DNA from: Octopus vulgaris
Lineage: Eukaryota
DNA: 64,000 nt
Assembly: GCA_951406725.2 (NCBI GenBank)
Contig: OX597838.1
Coordinates: 9,238,001 to 9,302,000, forward strand
Reading direction: 5' to 3'
A program made the position numbers and the translations under genes. Below, in pieces: positions 44,201 to 59,112 of the stretch. The first letter of the stretch is position 1; every line of letters starts with the position of its first letter. Under the pieces are notes generated by a model, which ran no database searches, was not told the DNA's origin, and saw only the letters and a list, made by a program, of their open reading frames with translations.

Positions 44201-45130
44201 TTAATTAATATAATCTATGCTATTAATCATAGTTACTGTTTACCATGGGACCATGACGAATTCAATCTGCTTACTATAATTTGTTGTTCAATATGTTTTT
44301 TTTAAATTTTAATAAGAAGAGAATACGAAAGGATAATATTCAAGGAATATATTAATATTTACAAAATTATATCTATTAACCAATTAATACATACTTTACT
44401 TTACTCTAATATTAATTATGATTTTAATTATAATTATACTTTTTTTAATACCTACTGATATCTATTAGATAATCAATTTATAATTTTAGTAACTTATTAA
44501 ATTTAACTGTAATTTTTAAGCACACCGTTAAACAGGTTTACGTTTAGAACTGAAAATTTGAAAAAGCTCATCAACGCAAAAATATAGCAATTGGCATGGC
44601 TTATGATTTCCCACTTTAGGTTAAACTTTTTATTTTTGTCCTTTTGAAATTGTTTGATCCATGCCAAACTGAGAATTTGACTAGGCCTAAAATCTATCAC
44701 GAACATAAGAAGGTTTGGTTCTCTGATGAGAAAAACTTTGAGTAAGGCCACAGAAAAAAATGACAGTCAGTAGGATACACCTCAGGATGCTATGATTGTA
44801 AGGAAAACTTCTTAAGCACTCAACCATGCAGCTTTTAAATAAATGTCCAACAGCAAACGAATTACGAGGTTAGAAGGTGGGTTAGAAGAAAATGCGGAGC
44901 GCTTGTAATGAAAGAGTAAAGTTCTTCAGAGAATGGTTTACAAATTAATTTAAAAAAAGGTAGGTGAAGTCTGGCCAAGTGTTGCTCACCTTCGATTCTC
45001 TCTTATTTCGCAGCCATGTGTATATGTGTGTGTGTGTGTGGGGGGGGGGGTAGTAAACACGTGCGTGTGCATAGGAGTTTGTGTGTGTATGAAAACACAC
45101 ACATATACATACGTATATATACACATACAA

Positions 45131-45545
45131 GGCGGCGAGCTGGCAGAAAGGTTAGCACGCCGGGTGGAATACGTAGCCGTATTTCGTCTGCCGTTACGTT
45201 CTGAGTTCAAATTCCGCCGAGGTCGACTTTTCCTTTCATCTTTTCGGGGTCGATAAATTAAGAACCAGTTACGCACTGGGGTCGATGTAATCGACTTAAA
45301 TCCGTTTGTCTGTCCTTGTTTGTCCTCTCTGTGTTTAGCCCCTTGTAGGTAGTATATGAAATAGGCATTTCGTCTGCCGCTACGTTCTGAGTTCAAATGC
45401 CGCCGAGGTCGACTTTGCCTTTCATCCTTTCGGGGTCGATTAAATAAGTACCAGATATGCACTGGGGTCGATGTAATCGACTTAATCCCTCTGTCTGTCC
45501 TTGTGCGTCTCCTCTATGTTTATCCCCTTGTGGGCAATAAAGAAT
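45131..45545 (+). mobile_element. SINE family C with tandemly duplicated body
   Basis: ggcggcgagctggcagaaag.. followed by two copies of atttcgtctgccg..ctggggtcgatgtaatcgacttaa..gccccttgt. Confidence 0.9.
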
Positions 45546-46359
45546 TGTATATATACACATACATTTAAGTCACAATATATTGAGTAATCCAGTATTACTC
45601 ATAAAAATTATCCTTAATGTATCATTTTACAAAACATATAAAATATATAACACCATATAAGAGAAAACGACAAGGAGTGTATAAAGTCATAAATTATTTA
45701 CATGTTTTAAGTTACGAAACAATTTGTCATGATGTTTGAGTTTTCTTATTTTTTAAATAAAATTTCCTCAAACTATTTCACTATATACACATGCAAGCAT
45801 GCATGTATGCACGTATATCCATGCTTATGATGACAAGTGTGAGAATGTTCAGTTTATGCATGCGTGTAGGGGAGGAGATGTATGTACGTACGTACGTATG
45901 TAGGAATGCATGTATTGTTTCGATAATAATAACGGTTTGGCTGCTGTTGCTGCTGCTCATGGTTATAATGGTGATGATGATGAGGAGGAGGAGTAGGAGT
46001 AGGAGTAGTAGTAGGTGGAGAATTATAAATATCCTGGTCTTCGTACTGATGATGTGGTTGCTTGTGAAGGCAGTAGTAATAGTGGTGGAGGCGGTGGTGG
46101 TGGGTGGCGATGGTGGTGGGTGGAGGAGGTGGTGGGTGGCGGTGGTGGTGGGTGGCGGTGGTGGTGGGTGGCGGTGGTGGTGGGTGGCGGTGGTAATTCG
46201 TTCGTTGCTGGAAGGCATGAAATCACGAAAAGTAATTAGATGAATAATTACATTGACATATAATCACAGAATTTCGCTGATATGTAAAGATGAAAACAGG
46301 CACAGGTAGACGATACGAACCTGTATGCATGTACGTGTATGTATACACCTACCTATGTA

Positions 46360-46706
<347 letters not shown>

Positions 46707-46946
46707 ATATATATATGTTTGTGTGTGTGTGTGTGTGTATGTATGTGTATATGTATATATTTACGGATTTATATATTTATATACATTTATGTAACTATAT
46801 ATTTATATATTTTTATTTTATATCATGTATATAAGAGTGCACCTATGTATGCTGTGAAGTATTCCGACGCTTTGAAATATACCGAGTGAATAAGCACTGA
46901 CCTTTGAAACTTGTTCTCTCATTCTTGGCTTTATATATATACATAC

Positions 46947-47027
<81 letters not shown>

Positions 47028-47575
47028 TGCCCGTGGGTGTGTATTGCTGAGATTATACGACTTTATAATCTTCCACTGAATATGAAATGATTAATTTTTT
47101 GGAAAATTGTATCTCGAAGCGTGTAAATATTGGGTTAAAAATCCAGGAGGCGTAGAAAAATGTCGAAGACATTTAATTTAAAATTTGTACTCTACTGTTT
47201 ATAGATTTATCATCTGCTTCGAGATCCGCTATTCCACAGTGCAATAACTTTCATCATTTACTTGTTTCAGTAATTAGACTATGGCCATGCTGGGGCACCG
47301 CGTTGAAGAATTTTTTGTTGAACGTTTGTCGTGTTTACAAGAGATGTGGGTTCGAGTCCCGCGGGAAACCTTCGACTGGTCCTATCCAAAGAAAATTTTA
47401 AACCAACATCTTCACGCAATCATTTTTACCTACTTCAACTTTCACCATTCCACAAAGAAGAATATAGCAGTGAAGACAGCCTGTTCTCCGACTATCTCCT
47501 TACCTTCTTGGAGATTTTAGGTAAAATTATACTAATGTGTCCATCTGTTATAATTTATTTAAATTCTATGTCTTT

Positions 47576-47663
47576 ATGCAGCTGACGATTGCTCTGCATT
47601 TAAACTGATGTAATGATTGCATTGTTCAATTAAATGGAGTTGCTTGAAACGATCGTACTGCAT
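47576..47663 (+). ncRNA. type I hammerhead with canonical core, long stem II and palindromic stem III
   Basis: ATGCAG-CTGACGA-..CATTTAA..TTAAATG..-GAA-ACGATCGT-A-CTGCAT, ~30 nt before (TA)n. Confidence 0.8.
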
Positions 47664-47693
47664 TACCTCTGGATATCCTTGTTGCTTATTTTG

Positions 47694-47732
<39 letters not shown>

Positions 47733-47779
47733 CACATGCATATGTAAATACATACATGTGTGTGTATGTGCGTATAGAA

Positions 47780-48002
47780 ATAGAAGAAGAAGAAGAAGAA
47801 GAAGAAGAAGAAGAAGAAGAAAAAGAAGAAGAAGAAAAAGAAGAAGAAAAAGAAGTAGAAGAAAAAGAAGAAGAAAAAGAAGTAGAAGAAGAAGTAGAAG
47901 AAGTAGAAGAAAAAGAAGAAGAAGAAGTAGAAGAAGTAGAAGAAGTAGAAGAAGAAGAAGAAGAAGAAAAAGAAGTAGAAGAAGAAGAAGAAGAAGAAGA
48001 AG

Positions 48003-48034
<32 letters not shown>

Positions 48035-48125
48035 GAAGAAGAAGGAGGAGAAGAAGAAGAAGAAGAAGAAGAAGAAGAAGAAGAAGAAGAAGAAGAACAA
48101 CAACAACAACAACAACAACAACAAC
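47780..48125. repeat. (GAA)n/(CAA)n microsatellite
   Basis: Direct inspection. Confidence 0.95.
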
Positions 48126-48244
48126 TTCGTTCATTTGCTGCCAAGATGACGGAGAGATATACAGGATGAACATAAAGTGTGGGTATTTACATAGAGTGGA
48201 GTGAGAAGAACCAAAGTGTGTGCAGTATAGAATTTTGATTTCAG

Positions 48245-48435
48245 ACTTTAGCACAAGGCCAGCAATTTCAGGAGAGGGGTTAAGTCGATGACATCGACTC
48301 CGGTGCTCAACTGGTACTTATTTTATCGACGCCGAAAGGATGAAAGGCAAAGCAGACCTCGGCAGAATTTGAACGGATGAAATGCCAGAAAGCAATTTTC
48401 CTGGCGTGCTTAACGATTCTGCCACCTCGCCGCCA
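48245..48435 (-). mobile_element. SINE family C
   Basis: ctggtacttattttatcgac..gaaaggatgaaaggcaaag..aacgattctgccacctcgccgcc. Confidence 0.85.
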
Positions 48436-48469
48436 TTACATGGTCCAGAATATTAAGAAAAGAAGAACG

Positions 48470-48908
48470 TATGATGATGATGAGGATGATGATGATGATG
48501 ATGATGATGATAGAGGTGGTGGTGGTGGTGGTGGTAGTGGTAGGGGTTTTGGGATGATGGCGATGGTGATGACAACGACAACGACGACGAAGACGAAGAT
48601 GCTGATGATAATGATGTCGTAAAAGTGATGTCGATGTTGATAATGCTGACAGCAGCGACGACGACGACGACGCCACTGCTGCTGCTACTGATGATGATGA
48701 AGATGTTGTTGAAGATGTTATTGATGATGATGATGGTGATGATGATGATGGTAGTGGAAATGGTGGAGTGGGGTGGTGGCGTCAGTGGTGGTGGTTATGA
48801 TGACGACGACGACGATGACAATAATAATGATAATGATGATCATGATGATGATAATAATAATAATAATGATGATGATGATGATGATGATGACGATGACGAT
48901 GATGATAC

Positions 48909-48967
<59 letters not shown>

Positions 48968-48981
48968 GTGGTGACGATGAC

Positions 48982-49069
<88 letters not shown>

Positions 49070-49270
49070 ATGATGATGATGATGATGATGATGATGGTGG
49101 TGATGATGATGATGACGATGACGATGATGATACGATGATGATGATGATGATGATGATGTTGACGATGACGATGACAATGACGATGACAATGACAATGACC
49201 ATGACATCGACGATGACCTCGACGACGATGACCACGATGACAATGACGACGGCAACGATGACGACAATGC
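48470..49270. repeat. (GAT/GAC/GGT)n low-complexity tract
   Basis: Direct inspection. Confidence 0.93.
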
Positions 49271-49683
49271 TGTCGAAGCAATAATCACCTGGCAGCAGAG
49301 AGCTTGGCAAATTCGGTTTGTGAGTGTGCAGCAGCGAGATGCTTATCATCATCACGATGGAAAAGGACGAAGATAATTCGCTTCAAGATGGCCAACAGGA
49401 GTCTTTGTTTGCGAAATGGCTCAATACTAATTTACTTACCAGTCTTGTTTGTTTACTGATGTATCTATTTTTACTATAACATAATAATAATTGCTGCTGC
49501 CGTTATTGTTATTTACCATTTCGGAGACTGGTTGCTGCTGGTAGTGAAGGAGGAGGGTGGAGGAGGTGGAGGAGGAGGTGGTGGTGGTGGTGCTGTGGTG
49601 GTGGTGGTGCTGGTTGCGTTGGAGAGTGAAAAGATATGTAGTCTGAAAGGTTGAAGAAGAATTACACGTAAGTGCGTGTGAAT

Positions 49684-49729
<46 letters not shown>

Positions 49730-49753
49730 ATACACACACAGAGGAGATAGAGA

Positions 49754-49794
<41 letters not shown>

Positions 49795-49909
49795 AGTGTG
49801 AAAGACAGACAGAGAAGCGGGGAAACAGAGAGAAGGCTTTAACAGATGTTGCTATTAAGTTAGCAATGGCCTTGGGCTGCTACCGGCTGAAACCTATCAA
49901 AACAGTTCA

Positions 49910-49977
<68 letters not shown>

Positions 49978-49979
49978 GC

Positions 49980-50053
<74 letters not shown>

Positions 50054-50073
50054 GTATGTATGTATGTATGTAT

Positions 50074-50132
<59 letters not shown>

Positions 50133-50272
50133 ATGTATATATATATATATACATATATATATCATATATATATATTATATATATACATACATATATATGT
50201 ATGTATATATATATATATATATACATATATATCATATATATATATACATATAAATGTATGTATATATATATG

Positions 50273-50304
<32 letters not shown>

Positions 50305-50390
50305 GTATAAATATATATATATATCATATTATATTATATATACCATATTATATATATATATGTATATAACAAATATATGATGAATATACA

Positions 50391-50429
<39 letters not shown>

Positions 50430-50569
50430 GTGCATACATATATGAATGTATAGATGGATGGATGGATGCATGCATTGCATGCATGATATATATTAGAGAA
50501 GTGAGAGTTTAACTTGGTTACGTATAGGGAGATAGGATATGGAGTTACAATGCAATATGTATATATATA

Positions 50570-50652
<83 letters not shown>

Positions 50653-50686
50653 AAGAGATAGCTAGATAGATAGATAGATAGGCAGG

Positions 50687-50738
<52 letters not shown>

Positions 50739-50754
50739 AAAATAGATAGATAGG

Positions 50755-50810
<56 letters not shown>

Positions 50811-50849
50811 CAGGTGAAAGAAATCTGGATGAAATATAAAAGAGAGCTC

Positions 50850-51027
50850 TGTCCGACAGCTTATGAAAGTTTTGGGCGTTGTTCAAAGAGTATGGAGCAG
50901 TGAAGTGGGTATCTCATGAGCTCTACCCGGGAACAAAGCAGTGTGTTCAACAATTTGCAAACCAGGAGTGAACAAACACCTTTTCTTCCACCGAATTGTA
51001 AAAGGTGATGAGAAATGATAGTCTATG
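50850..51027 (+). pseudogene. mariner transposase remnant
   Basis: KWVSHEL (WVPHEL motif) at ~50903 and HRIVKGDEK*.VY (RIVTGDEKW motif) at ~50989. Confidence 0.65.
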
Positions 51028-51191
51028 CTAGTGCTTCGCAACCGGGTATGTTGCAGTCTAATGACTGAAGCAAGTAAGAAATAAATGATATCTACGATTC
51101 GTTTTATGTCGATTTGAATTCATGACACGAAATGTTCCATTACTTTCCGAAAACCCAAATGCATTTTTGTATAAAAGTATATTTCATTTGC

Positions 51192-51581
51192 TCTTTTACT
51201 TGTTTCAGTCATTTGACTGTGGCCATGCTGGAGCACCGCCTTTTTAGTCTAGCAAATCGACCCCAGGACTTATTCTTTGTAAGCCTAGTACTTACTCTAT
51301 CGGCCTCTTTTGCCGAACCGCTAAGTTACAGGGACGCAAACACACCAGCAGCGGTTGTCAAATGATGTTGAGGAGACAAACACACACACACACACATATA
51401 TATATATGTACATATATACGACGGGCTTCTTTCAGTTTCCGTCTATCAAATCCACTCACAAGGCTTTGGTCGGCCCGAGGCTATAGTAGAAGACACTTGC
51501 CCAAGGTGCCACGCAGTGGGACTGAACCCGGAACCATGTGGTTGGTAAGCAAGCTATTTACCACACAGCCACTCCTGCACC
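51192..51581 (-). mobile_element. SINE family A, full length
   Basis: Complete head through tail. Confidence 0.92.
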
Positions 51582-51859
51582 TTCTGTATATGAAATTACT
51601 AATATGCCTGCATTTGTAATTAAAGGTGTAAATTTTACTTCGGCAGTGGAGGATCTAACACGTTTTTATCTTTGTGTTTTTTTGTTTTTTTTGTTTGTTT
51701 TTTTTTGAATTTTCAGACGAATTCACAAAGTTATATGTTAATGAAGTAAGCATCAGAGGTCGAGTGAATGTAAGCTTGAAAGAAAGATTTTGAAATCAGA
51801 TCCAAATTCAACATTGCGGAAATTATGAAAATGATTTAGTATTTGGCAGAGGACCAGGA

Positions 51860-52037
51860 AATTTCGTGAGAGGGGGGGGGGGGCAAGTCGATTACATCGA
51901 CACCAGTACTCGACTGGTACTTAATTTATCGACCCCGAAAGGACGAAAGGAAAAGTCAACCTCGGAAGAAATTTGAACTAAGAACATGAAGACGGACGAA
52001 ATGCCGCAAAGCACTTTGTCCGGCGCGCTATTGATTC

Positions 52038-52093
<56 letters not shown>

Positions 52094-52323
52094 ATTTTTG
52101 GCTCAAAAGCAAATAGCAAGGCCATGTAGGGGGACATGGAGTTATGTACAGGGTGGTGTTCATGTAAAGAGTTCAGGCCACTTGAGGTCAAGGGAGACAT
52201 TGAACAAAGTGGTCGTCGGCATCTTCACCATCTCGTCTGGCAGCTTGTTCCACGGATCCGCAACCCGGACGGAGAAAGCTCCTCTCCTTCGATTGAGATG
52301 AAATCGTCGCAGCTCACTGCCTT
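51860..52323 (-). mobile_element. SINE family C split by a CR1 fragment
   Basis: Body at 51860-52037; the 5' end cagctcactgcc resumes at ~52310. Confidence 0.75.
52038..52313 (-). mobile_element. CR1-type LINE 3' fragment with (CTAA)n tail
   Basis: LRRFHLNRRRGAFSVRVADPWNKLPDEMVKMPTTTLFNVSLDLKWPELFT* (FSxRVxxxWNxLP motif). Confidence 0.8.
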
Positions 52324-52491
52324 AGAAATGCCTTAATATCAGCAACAAGATTCAAAATAGGGACAATAGCTTAAAGTCTTTTAACCGGAGTCGCTTGCAT
52401 GCGAACCAAGATTCTTAACAACATAACCATGTTTGCGTCTGTTTGTTGCTGCTACTGCAGTTGATGCTGTTGCTGTTGCTGCTGCATCTAC

Positions 52492-52524
<33 letters not shown>

Positions 52525-52799
52525 AGTGTAATATCTGCCATTAAATTGCCACGATAATTTGTGTTATTTTCTCCCCAATATTTATCTTCTACGTTAACTT
52601 TTATGTGTGCCAGCCTCGTTGTTTGCATGCAAGATTGCATGAGTATATATATAGATATATAGATATATATATATGTATAACATGAGTTCATTTGCTTGCA
52701 TACATCATGTACGAATGTACCTACATATGTATGTGTGTGTTCTTGTTGGTTTATGCGCAACATGCATAAATGTGTACAAATGCGGAGACACAAACACAA

Positions 52800-52859
<60 letters not shown>

Positions 52860-53030
52860 GTATGTATATATATATATAGGTAGATAGATAGATAAGGAGA
52901 TAGAGAGATACACATTCATGCATACATAAATAAATAAATGTATATGTGTATGTATATGTACATATATGTGTCTACATATAATCACGTAAATACAGGTATA
53001 TGTATATATATACATACATACATACATACA

Positions 53031-53102
<72 letters not shown>

Positions 53103-53380
53103 TGTATGTATGTATGTATGTATGTATGTATGTATGTATGTATGTATGTATGTATGTATGTATGTATAGATTGTCAAGACACACAGTCTCCACTGTAGAC
53201 CACTTTAATTATACATCCTTAATAAAATTAGGGAAAAACTGAATATTTTATAATGCGGTGGATGTTTTTATTCTTCATTCTTCTTTATAGCTATTTTGAA
53301 ATTCAAATGAAAGCTTTATTGGTCGTTGTCAGTGTCGTCAAATAATGGAGGTTGATATTAGTGTTTTGCGTTGGTGTATG

Positions 53381-53446
<66 letters not shown>

Positions 53447-53527
53447 AGTATATATGTATGTATGAAGATGTGATGTGATATACTTATTTATGCGCTTGAT
53501 GGTTTATGAGATATACATGCATATACT

Positions 53528-53603
<76 letters not shown>

Positions 53604-53734
53604 AGTATATGTATATACATACATAGACACACATACGCACACACACACACACACACATACAGAGACACATATTTATATGTATATATATATATACACGTGT
53701 ATGATGGCGTGCAGGTATCATAAGTATGTAGCAA

Positions 53735-54145
53735 TCCTTTCTACTAAAGGTGCAAGGCCTCAAATTATAGGGGAGGGGACTAGTCGACTATATCGACCCC
53801 AGTGCATAACTGGTACTTAATTTATCGACTCCGAAAGAATGAAAGGCAAAGTCGACCTCGGCGGAATTTGAACTCAGAACGAAGCGACGGACGAAATGCC
53901 GCTAAGCATTACCTTGCTAACGATTGAGCCAGCCCAACGCCTTCTATAAGTATTTAATAACTGTAGTCATTAAGGCAGCGAACTGGCGGAATCGTTAGCA
54001 CGACGGTCTTTACGTTTTGGGTTCAAATACCGCACGGGTCGACTTTGCCTTTCATCCTTTCGGGGTCGATGAAATACGCACCAGCTGAGCACTGGGGGTG
54101 ATTTACCTCTACCCTGAAAGTGCAGGTCTTGTGCTCAAATTTGAA
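53735..54145. mobile_element. two head-to-head family C SINEs (53735-53945 minus, 53973-54145 plus)
   Basis: gaaaggcaaagtcgacctcggcggaatttgaactcagaacg versus gtcgactttgcctttcatcctttcggggtcgat. Confidence 0.85.
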
Positions 54146-54376
54146 ACAAATAATAACAAGTCCGCAAAGCAAAAATATGCATAATTATTTTTAATAGTAA
54201 ACTCGAAGTAGACAAAGCTATGAACAATAGCATGTAAATACTGAATCAAAAAATGTTTTCGGAAAGGAAAAAATCGAAGGCTACCCGTGAAACTCGAACC
54301 CACATTTTGTGTAAGCATGACAGACTTTCTACCATTTGACAATTATACTTTCATGGGTAGAACATCAAATGAACTT

Positions 54377-54728
54377 ACAATATTAAGATAACTTTTAATA
54401 ACACCCGGTCTCAATACAAAACTGCAGGAAAAATTTTTGGAGTTTATAATTTATACAGTTTATACGGGTATAGGCAAGACCGCTGGCAATGTCTGAGTGG
54501 TTGTGAAGTTCCTTCTGCAACCACATGGTTTTAGGTTCTGTCCTAGCTCGCGGCGAGTGTCTACCAATATATCCCTGGAGTGACCAATTATTTTTTGTGG
54601 GTGAATGTAGCAGACATTGCTTGCGGTCTTGCCTGCACACGTATAAACTATATAAATTATAAACTCCAAAAATTTTCCTGCAGTTTTCTATTGAGACAGA
54701 GTGTTATTAAAAGTTAGCTTAATAATGT
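54377..54728. repeat. fold-back element (~120-bp arms) with a degraded family A-like head in the spacer
   Basis: taacttttaataacac..ctgcaggaaaaatttttggagtttataattt..ggcaagaccgc..caatgtctg / cagacattg..gcggtcttgcc..gtgttattaaaagtta. Confidence 0.88.
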
Positions 54729-54782
54729 TGCTGTAAGGAATCCCGTTATATATACGTGTGTGTGAATGTGTGTGTGTGTGTG

Positions 54783-54852
<70 letters not shown>

Positions 54853-55474
54853 TATATATATATACACACACAAATGTATTTATATGTATATCGGTATGTT
54901 TATATGTATGTGTATATGTAATTGCATGTATGTATGCATGTATGTATATGTTCGTTGCTGCTACCTGTCAATAGATTCGAAGAGTTGTTTAAGTTCTTAA
55001 CGCTGCTGACCGCTGAAATGAACGCTCTTGCCAGGTGTTGAAATCATAGTGGTATCTGTTAGGCAGCTGATGATAGGAATATATGTGTGATTAGCTTGCT
55101 ATCTTTGCATCGTTTATATCTTGAAGCCACGTTATTCTGAGGTAAACATTTCATGGTTTATGGCGGTTTATTGTTTGTGTTATTACATGGATTGATATTA
55201 GACACATGAATTTACTGGCAATCTTACTACGACAGGCTAGTACCTAATTTGAAGTTTCTCGTTTTTGAAGGTTCTGTAGCATATATATATAGTGAATAAA
55301 GGCTCTGTGAAGTGTGACACGTAAAAGATATCGAGCTCATTATGTTTCACAGTTCTACAGTACCCAATGTAATTCGATACAGGGCATCGGACTGAGGATA
55401 GGCTAGTGTGCTGAAAACTAGGGATGTAATAGAAATAACATTGACTAGCGTACCTGTTTTCTTTTCTGTCTGTT

Positions 55475-55514
<40 letters not shown>

Positions 55515-55868
55515 TATAGATATATACACATACACCCACATATACATATATGCATTTGTATGTATGTGCGTACATACGTACGTATGTATGTGTGTATGTA
55601 TGAGTGTATGTATGTGTGTTTGTTTGTTTGTTTGTGCGTATGTAAATATGTATAATTGGATGTTGGTACAAAATAGCTGGAATCTAATTTACTAGTTTCT
55701 AATACCGGAATCAGAAAAAAAAAACGAGGTGTGAAAAAAACAAACCAAAATCTCAATGAACAAACTATAGAGAAATAATGAAAAGGTGTTGAGTCTGTAT
55801 TATGTTTTAATTATAAAGATAAACACAGACAGGATATAATCTATTGCAAACTTGTGTCTGTGCATATG

Positions 55869-55900
<32 letters not shown>

Positions 55901-56065
55901 CGCGTATGTATATTTGCATGTGTGTGCGTATATTCAATTCGCTACTTCACCATAAACAGTACAAGAAAGAAACCAAATCATATTGATAGTCGGTGCTGCA
56001 GCATGGTCTTAGCCGAGGCCACTGGTAGGGAAAAATTTCTAAATTTTTTTCTTAACCTGATATTG

Positions 56066-56099
<34 letters not shown>

Positions 56100-56102
<3 letters not shown>

Positions 56103-56268
56103 CTAATGTAGGATAAAAATCTTTTCTGGAAAAATTTTTATCAATGGCCAGCATATAAAAAAATACCTTTAAAGGTTAAATTTATAAATAATTTACAAAA
56201 TAAGGGTAAAAGAAAAATTCTAATGCCAAATATTTGACATTAGAATTTTCCTTTTGCCCTTATTTTGT

Positions 56269-56274
<6 letters not shown>
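56100..56274. repeat. (TA)n-embedded element: extension plus 86-bp loopless palindrome (56189-56274)
   Basis: taatttacaaaataagggtaaaagaaaaattctaatgccaaat|atttgacattagaattttccttttgcccttattttgtaaatta. Confidence 0.9.
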
Positions 56275-56311
<37 letters not shown>

Positions 56312-56614
56312 CTTACTTGGAAGTGGATGCGTGGCGTTCGATCATATAATAACAAAATAATAAATAAAACATATGCATATATACATACATATATGTACAT
56401 ACCTACATTTATATGTATATATATATATACATGCATATATAGGTACAGGACACCAAAAAAAAAACGTCGATCACAATGAGAAACGAAAACATAAAAACAA
56501 GACCATGGAAACGGACCTCTTTCAAACAACGAAAAAACAGTACAAGACATACAACACAAGGAATATTCCCCTTCTTCAGTTGTCCCTACTTCGTCTACTA
56601 CGTGTTTCACATAT

Positions 56615-56670
<56 letters not shown>

Positions 56671-56715
56671 TTTCGGGGTCGATAAATAAAGTACATACAT
56701 ACATACATTCATACA

Positions 56716-56762
<47 letters not shown>

Positions 56763-56789
56763 CACATGTATATATGGGGTAAAAGTCTA

Positions 56790-56992
56790 AAGAGCCCCTT
56801 TCGGTCATGAGTGACCATGTAATTGTACCTAGAATGTTCCCCTCTAAGGGACAAGTCCGAGCAGGGTTGTTTATCGAAGACCAACAGTCCCCCATGTATT
56901 CCAGCCTCCCATCTTCATGCCACCAATGTTATCCAAGAGAAAGGGAATGGTTGATACAGTTTGGCACCAGAGACGTCGCAACTAATTTCTAC
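56790..56992 (-). mobile_element. SINE family D, 3' part
   Basis: tgttatccaagagaaagg..gatacagtttggcacc..gtcgcaactaatttctaca matches 44001-44066. Confidence 0.7.
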
Positions 56993-56999
56993 ATATATA

Positions 57000-57662
57000 T
57001 ATGGTATGTATGTATATATTGTATGTATGTATGTATGTATGTATGTATGTATGTATGTATGTATGTATGTATGTATGTATGTATGCATGTATGTATGTAT
57101 GTATGTATGTATGTATGTATGAATATATGTATGTATGTGTGTGTGTATAAATGTATGTATGCATGTATGTATGTATGAATGTATGTATGTGTGTGTGTAT
57201 AAGTGTATGTATGCTTGCATGTATGTATGTATGTATGTATGTATGTATGTATGTATGTATGTGTGTGTGTATGTATGTATGTATGTGTGTATAAGTGTAT
57301 GTATGCTTGCATGTATGTATGTATGTATGTATGTATGTATGTATGTATGTATGTATGTGTGTGTGTGTGTGTATAAGTGTATGTATGCTTGCATGTATGT
57401 ATGTATGTATGTATGTATGTATGTATGTATGTATGTATGTCTGTCTGTATGTATGTATGTATATATGTATGTATGTATGTGTGTGTGTATAAGTGTATGT
57501 ATGCATGTATGTATGTATGTATGTATGTATCTATGTATGTATGTATGAATGTATGTATGCATGTCTGTCTGTCTGTATGTATGTCTGTATATATGTATGT
57601 ATGTATGTGTGTGTGTATAAGTGTATGTATGCTTGCATGTATGTATGTATGTATGAATGTAT
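57000..57662. repeat. (TATG)n with recurrent gtgtataagtgtatgtatgcttgc higher-order unit
   Basis: Direct inspection. Confidence 0.92.
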
Positions 57663-57664
57663 GT

Positions 57665-57840
57665 AGGCGTGGGTTTGTCTTCGTAGTATGATGTTTGCTT
57701 CCAAATTACATGGTTGGGAACAAGGCCAGTAATTTTGGTGGTGGGGTGGGGTAGGCGGGCAAGGGTCTTCTATTATAACCCCGGGCCAACTAAAGCCTTG
57801 TGAGTGAATCTGGTAGACGGAAACAGAAAGAAGCTCGTTA

Positions 57841-57900
<60 letters not shown>

Positions 57901-58092
57901 AGAGCCACTTGACAACCGGTGATATGTTTACCTCCCCATAATCTAGCAATTCGCCAAAAGCGAGCGTTAGATTAGCACCAGGGTTAAAACAACATGCGAT
58001 GTAGAGTCGATTCATTCAATTAAAAATTCAAGGTGAAGCACCCGCGTGGCCGTAGCCGCAGCCGCAGTCTAGTGACTGAAGCAGGCTAAAGA
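57665..58092 (+). mobile_element. SINE family A, old diverged copy
   Basis: gggcaagggtcttctattataaccccgggcc..aagccttgtgagtgaatctggtagacggaaac..gcagtctagtgactgaagc. Confidence 0.78.
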
Positions 58093-58101
58093 GATGTGTG
58101 T

Positions 58102-58203
<102 letters not shown>

Positions 58204-58257
58204 ATGTGTGTGTGTGTGTGTGTGTATATATATGTGTGTGTGTGTGTGTGTGTCTGT

Positions 58258-58300
<43 letters not shown>

Positions 58301-58338
58301 TCTCTGTGTGTGTATATATATGTGTGTGTGTGTGTGTG

Positions 58339-58433
<95 letters not shown>

Positions 58434-58663
58434 GTATTGTTTTAATTGGAGTGGTGCCCAGCAGGAAGCAACATTTATAAGGGAAGTGTATATATATATA
58501 GATCGCAGAGCTGAAGGAAATCATTGTAACATACTGGTAGGTGAGAAGATTAACCCATCACAGCCCTGGAACTGTTGCTGGGAACGGTGGTGGCATCCAC
58601 TCTACACCTGGTGTTCACATTATATTCCATCGAACGAACCGTTTCCATATTAGTTTTTTACAT

Positions 58664-58902
58664 TCTTTACTCTTACTCTTTTACTTGTTTCAGTCATTTG
58701 ACTGCGGCCATGCTGGAGCACCGCCTTTAGTCGAGCAAATCGACCCCGGGACTTATTCTTTGTAAGCCCAGTACTTACTCTATCGGTCTCTTTTGCCGAA
58801 CCGCTAAGTAACGGGGACGTAAACACACCAGCATCGGTCGTCAAGCAATGCTAGGGGGACAAACACAGACATACAAATACACACACACATACATATATAT
58901 AT

Positions 58903-58949
<47 letters not shown>

Positions 58950-59112
58950 CGACAGGCTTCTTTCCGTTTCCGTCTACCAAATCCACTCACAAGGCATTGG
59001 TCGGCCCGGGGCTATAGCAGAAGACACTTGCCCAAGATGCCACGCAGTGGGATTGAACCCGGAACCATGTGGTTGGTTAGCAAGCTACTTACCACACAGC
59101 CACTCCTGCGCC
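58664..59112 (-). mobile_element. SINE family A, full length
   Basis: Complete head through tail. Confidence 0.93.

Noticed and set aside
44503-44751. KDKNKKFNLKWEIISHANCY resembling a Penelope endonuclease C-terminus
   Set aside because: Too short and AT-rich to call without a profile search.
52038-52092. (TTAG)n as an interstitial telomere
   Set aside because: It is the simple-repeat tail of the adjacent CR1 fragment and is not TTAGGG.
55062-55140. CTGATGA...GAAGC hammerhead-like motif
   Set aside because: GAAA is mutated and stem I is poor; possibly a decayed copy but not supportable alone.
56560-56610. Minus-strand GAAACACGTA...CTGAAGA as a permuted hammerhead (similar layout near 33870)
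   Set aside because: No convincing stem I or stem II could be drawn.
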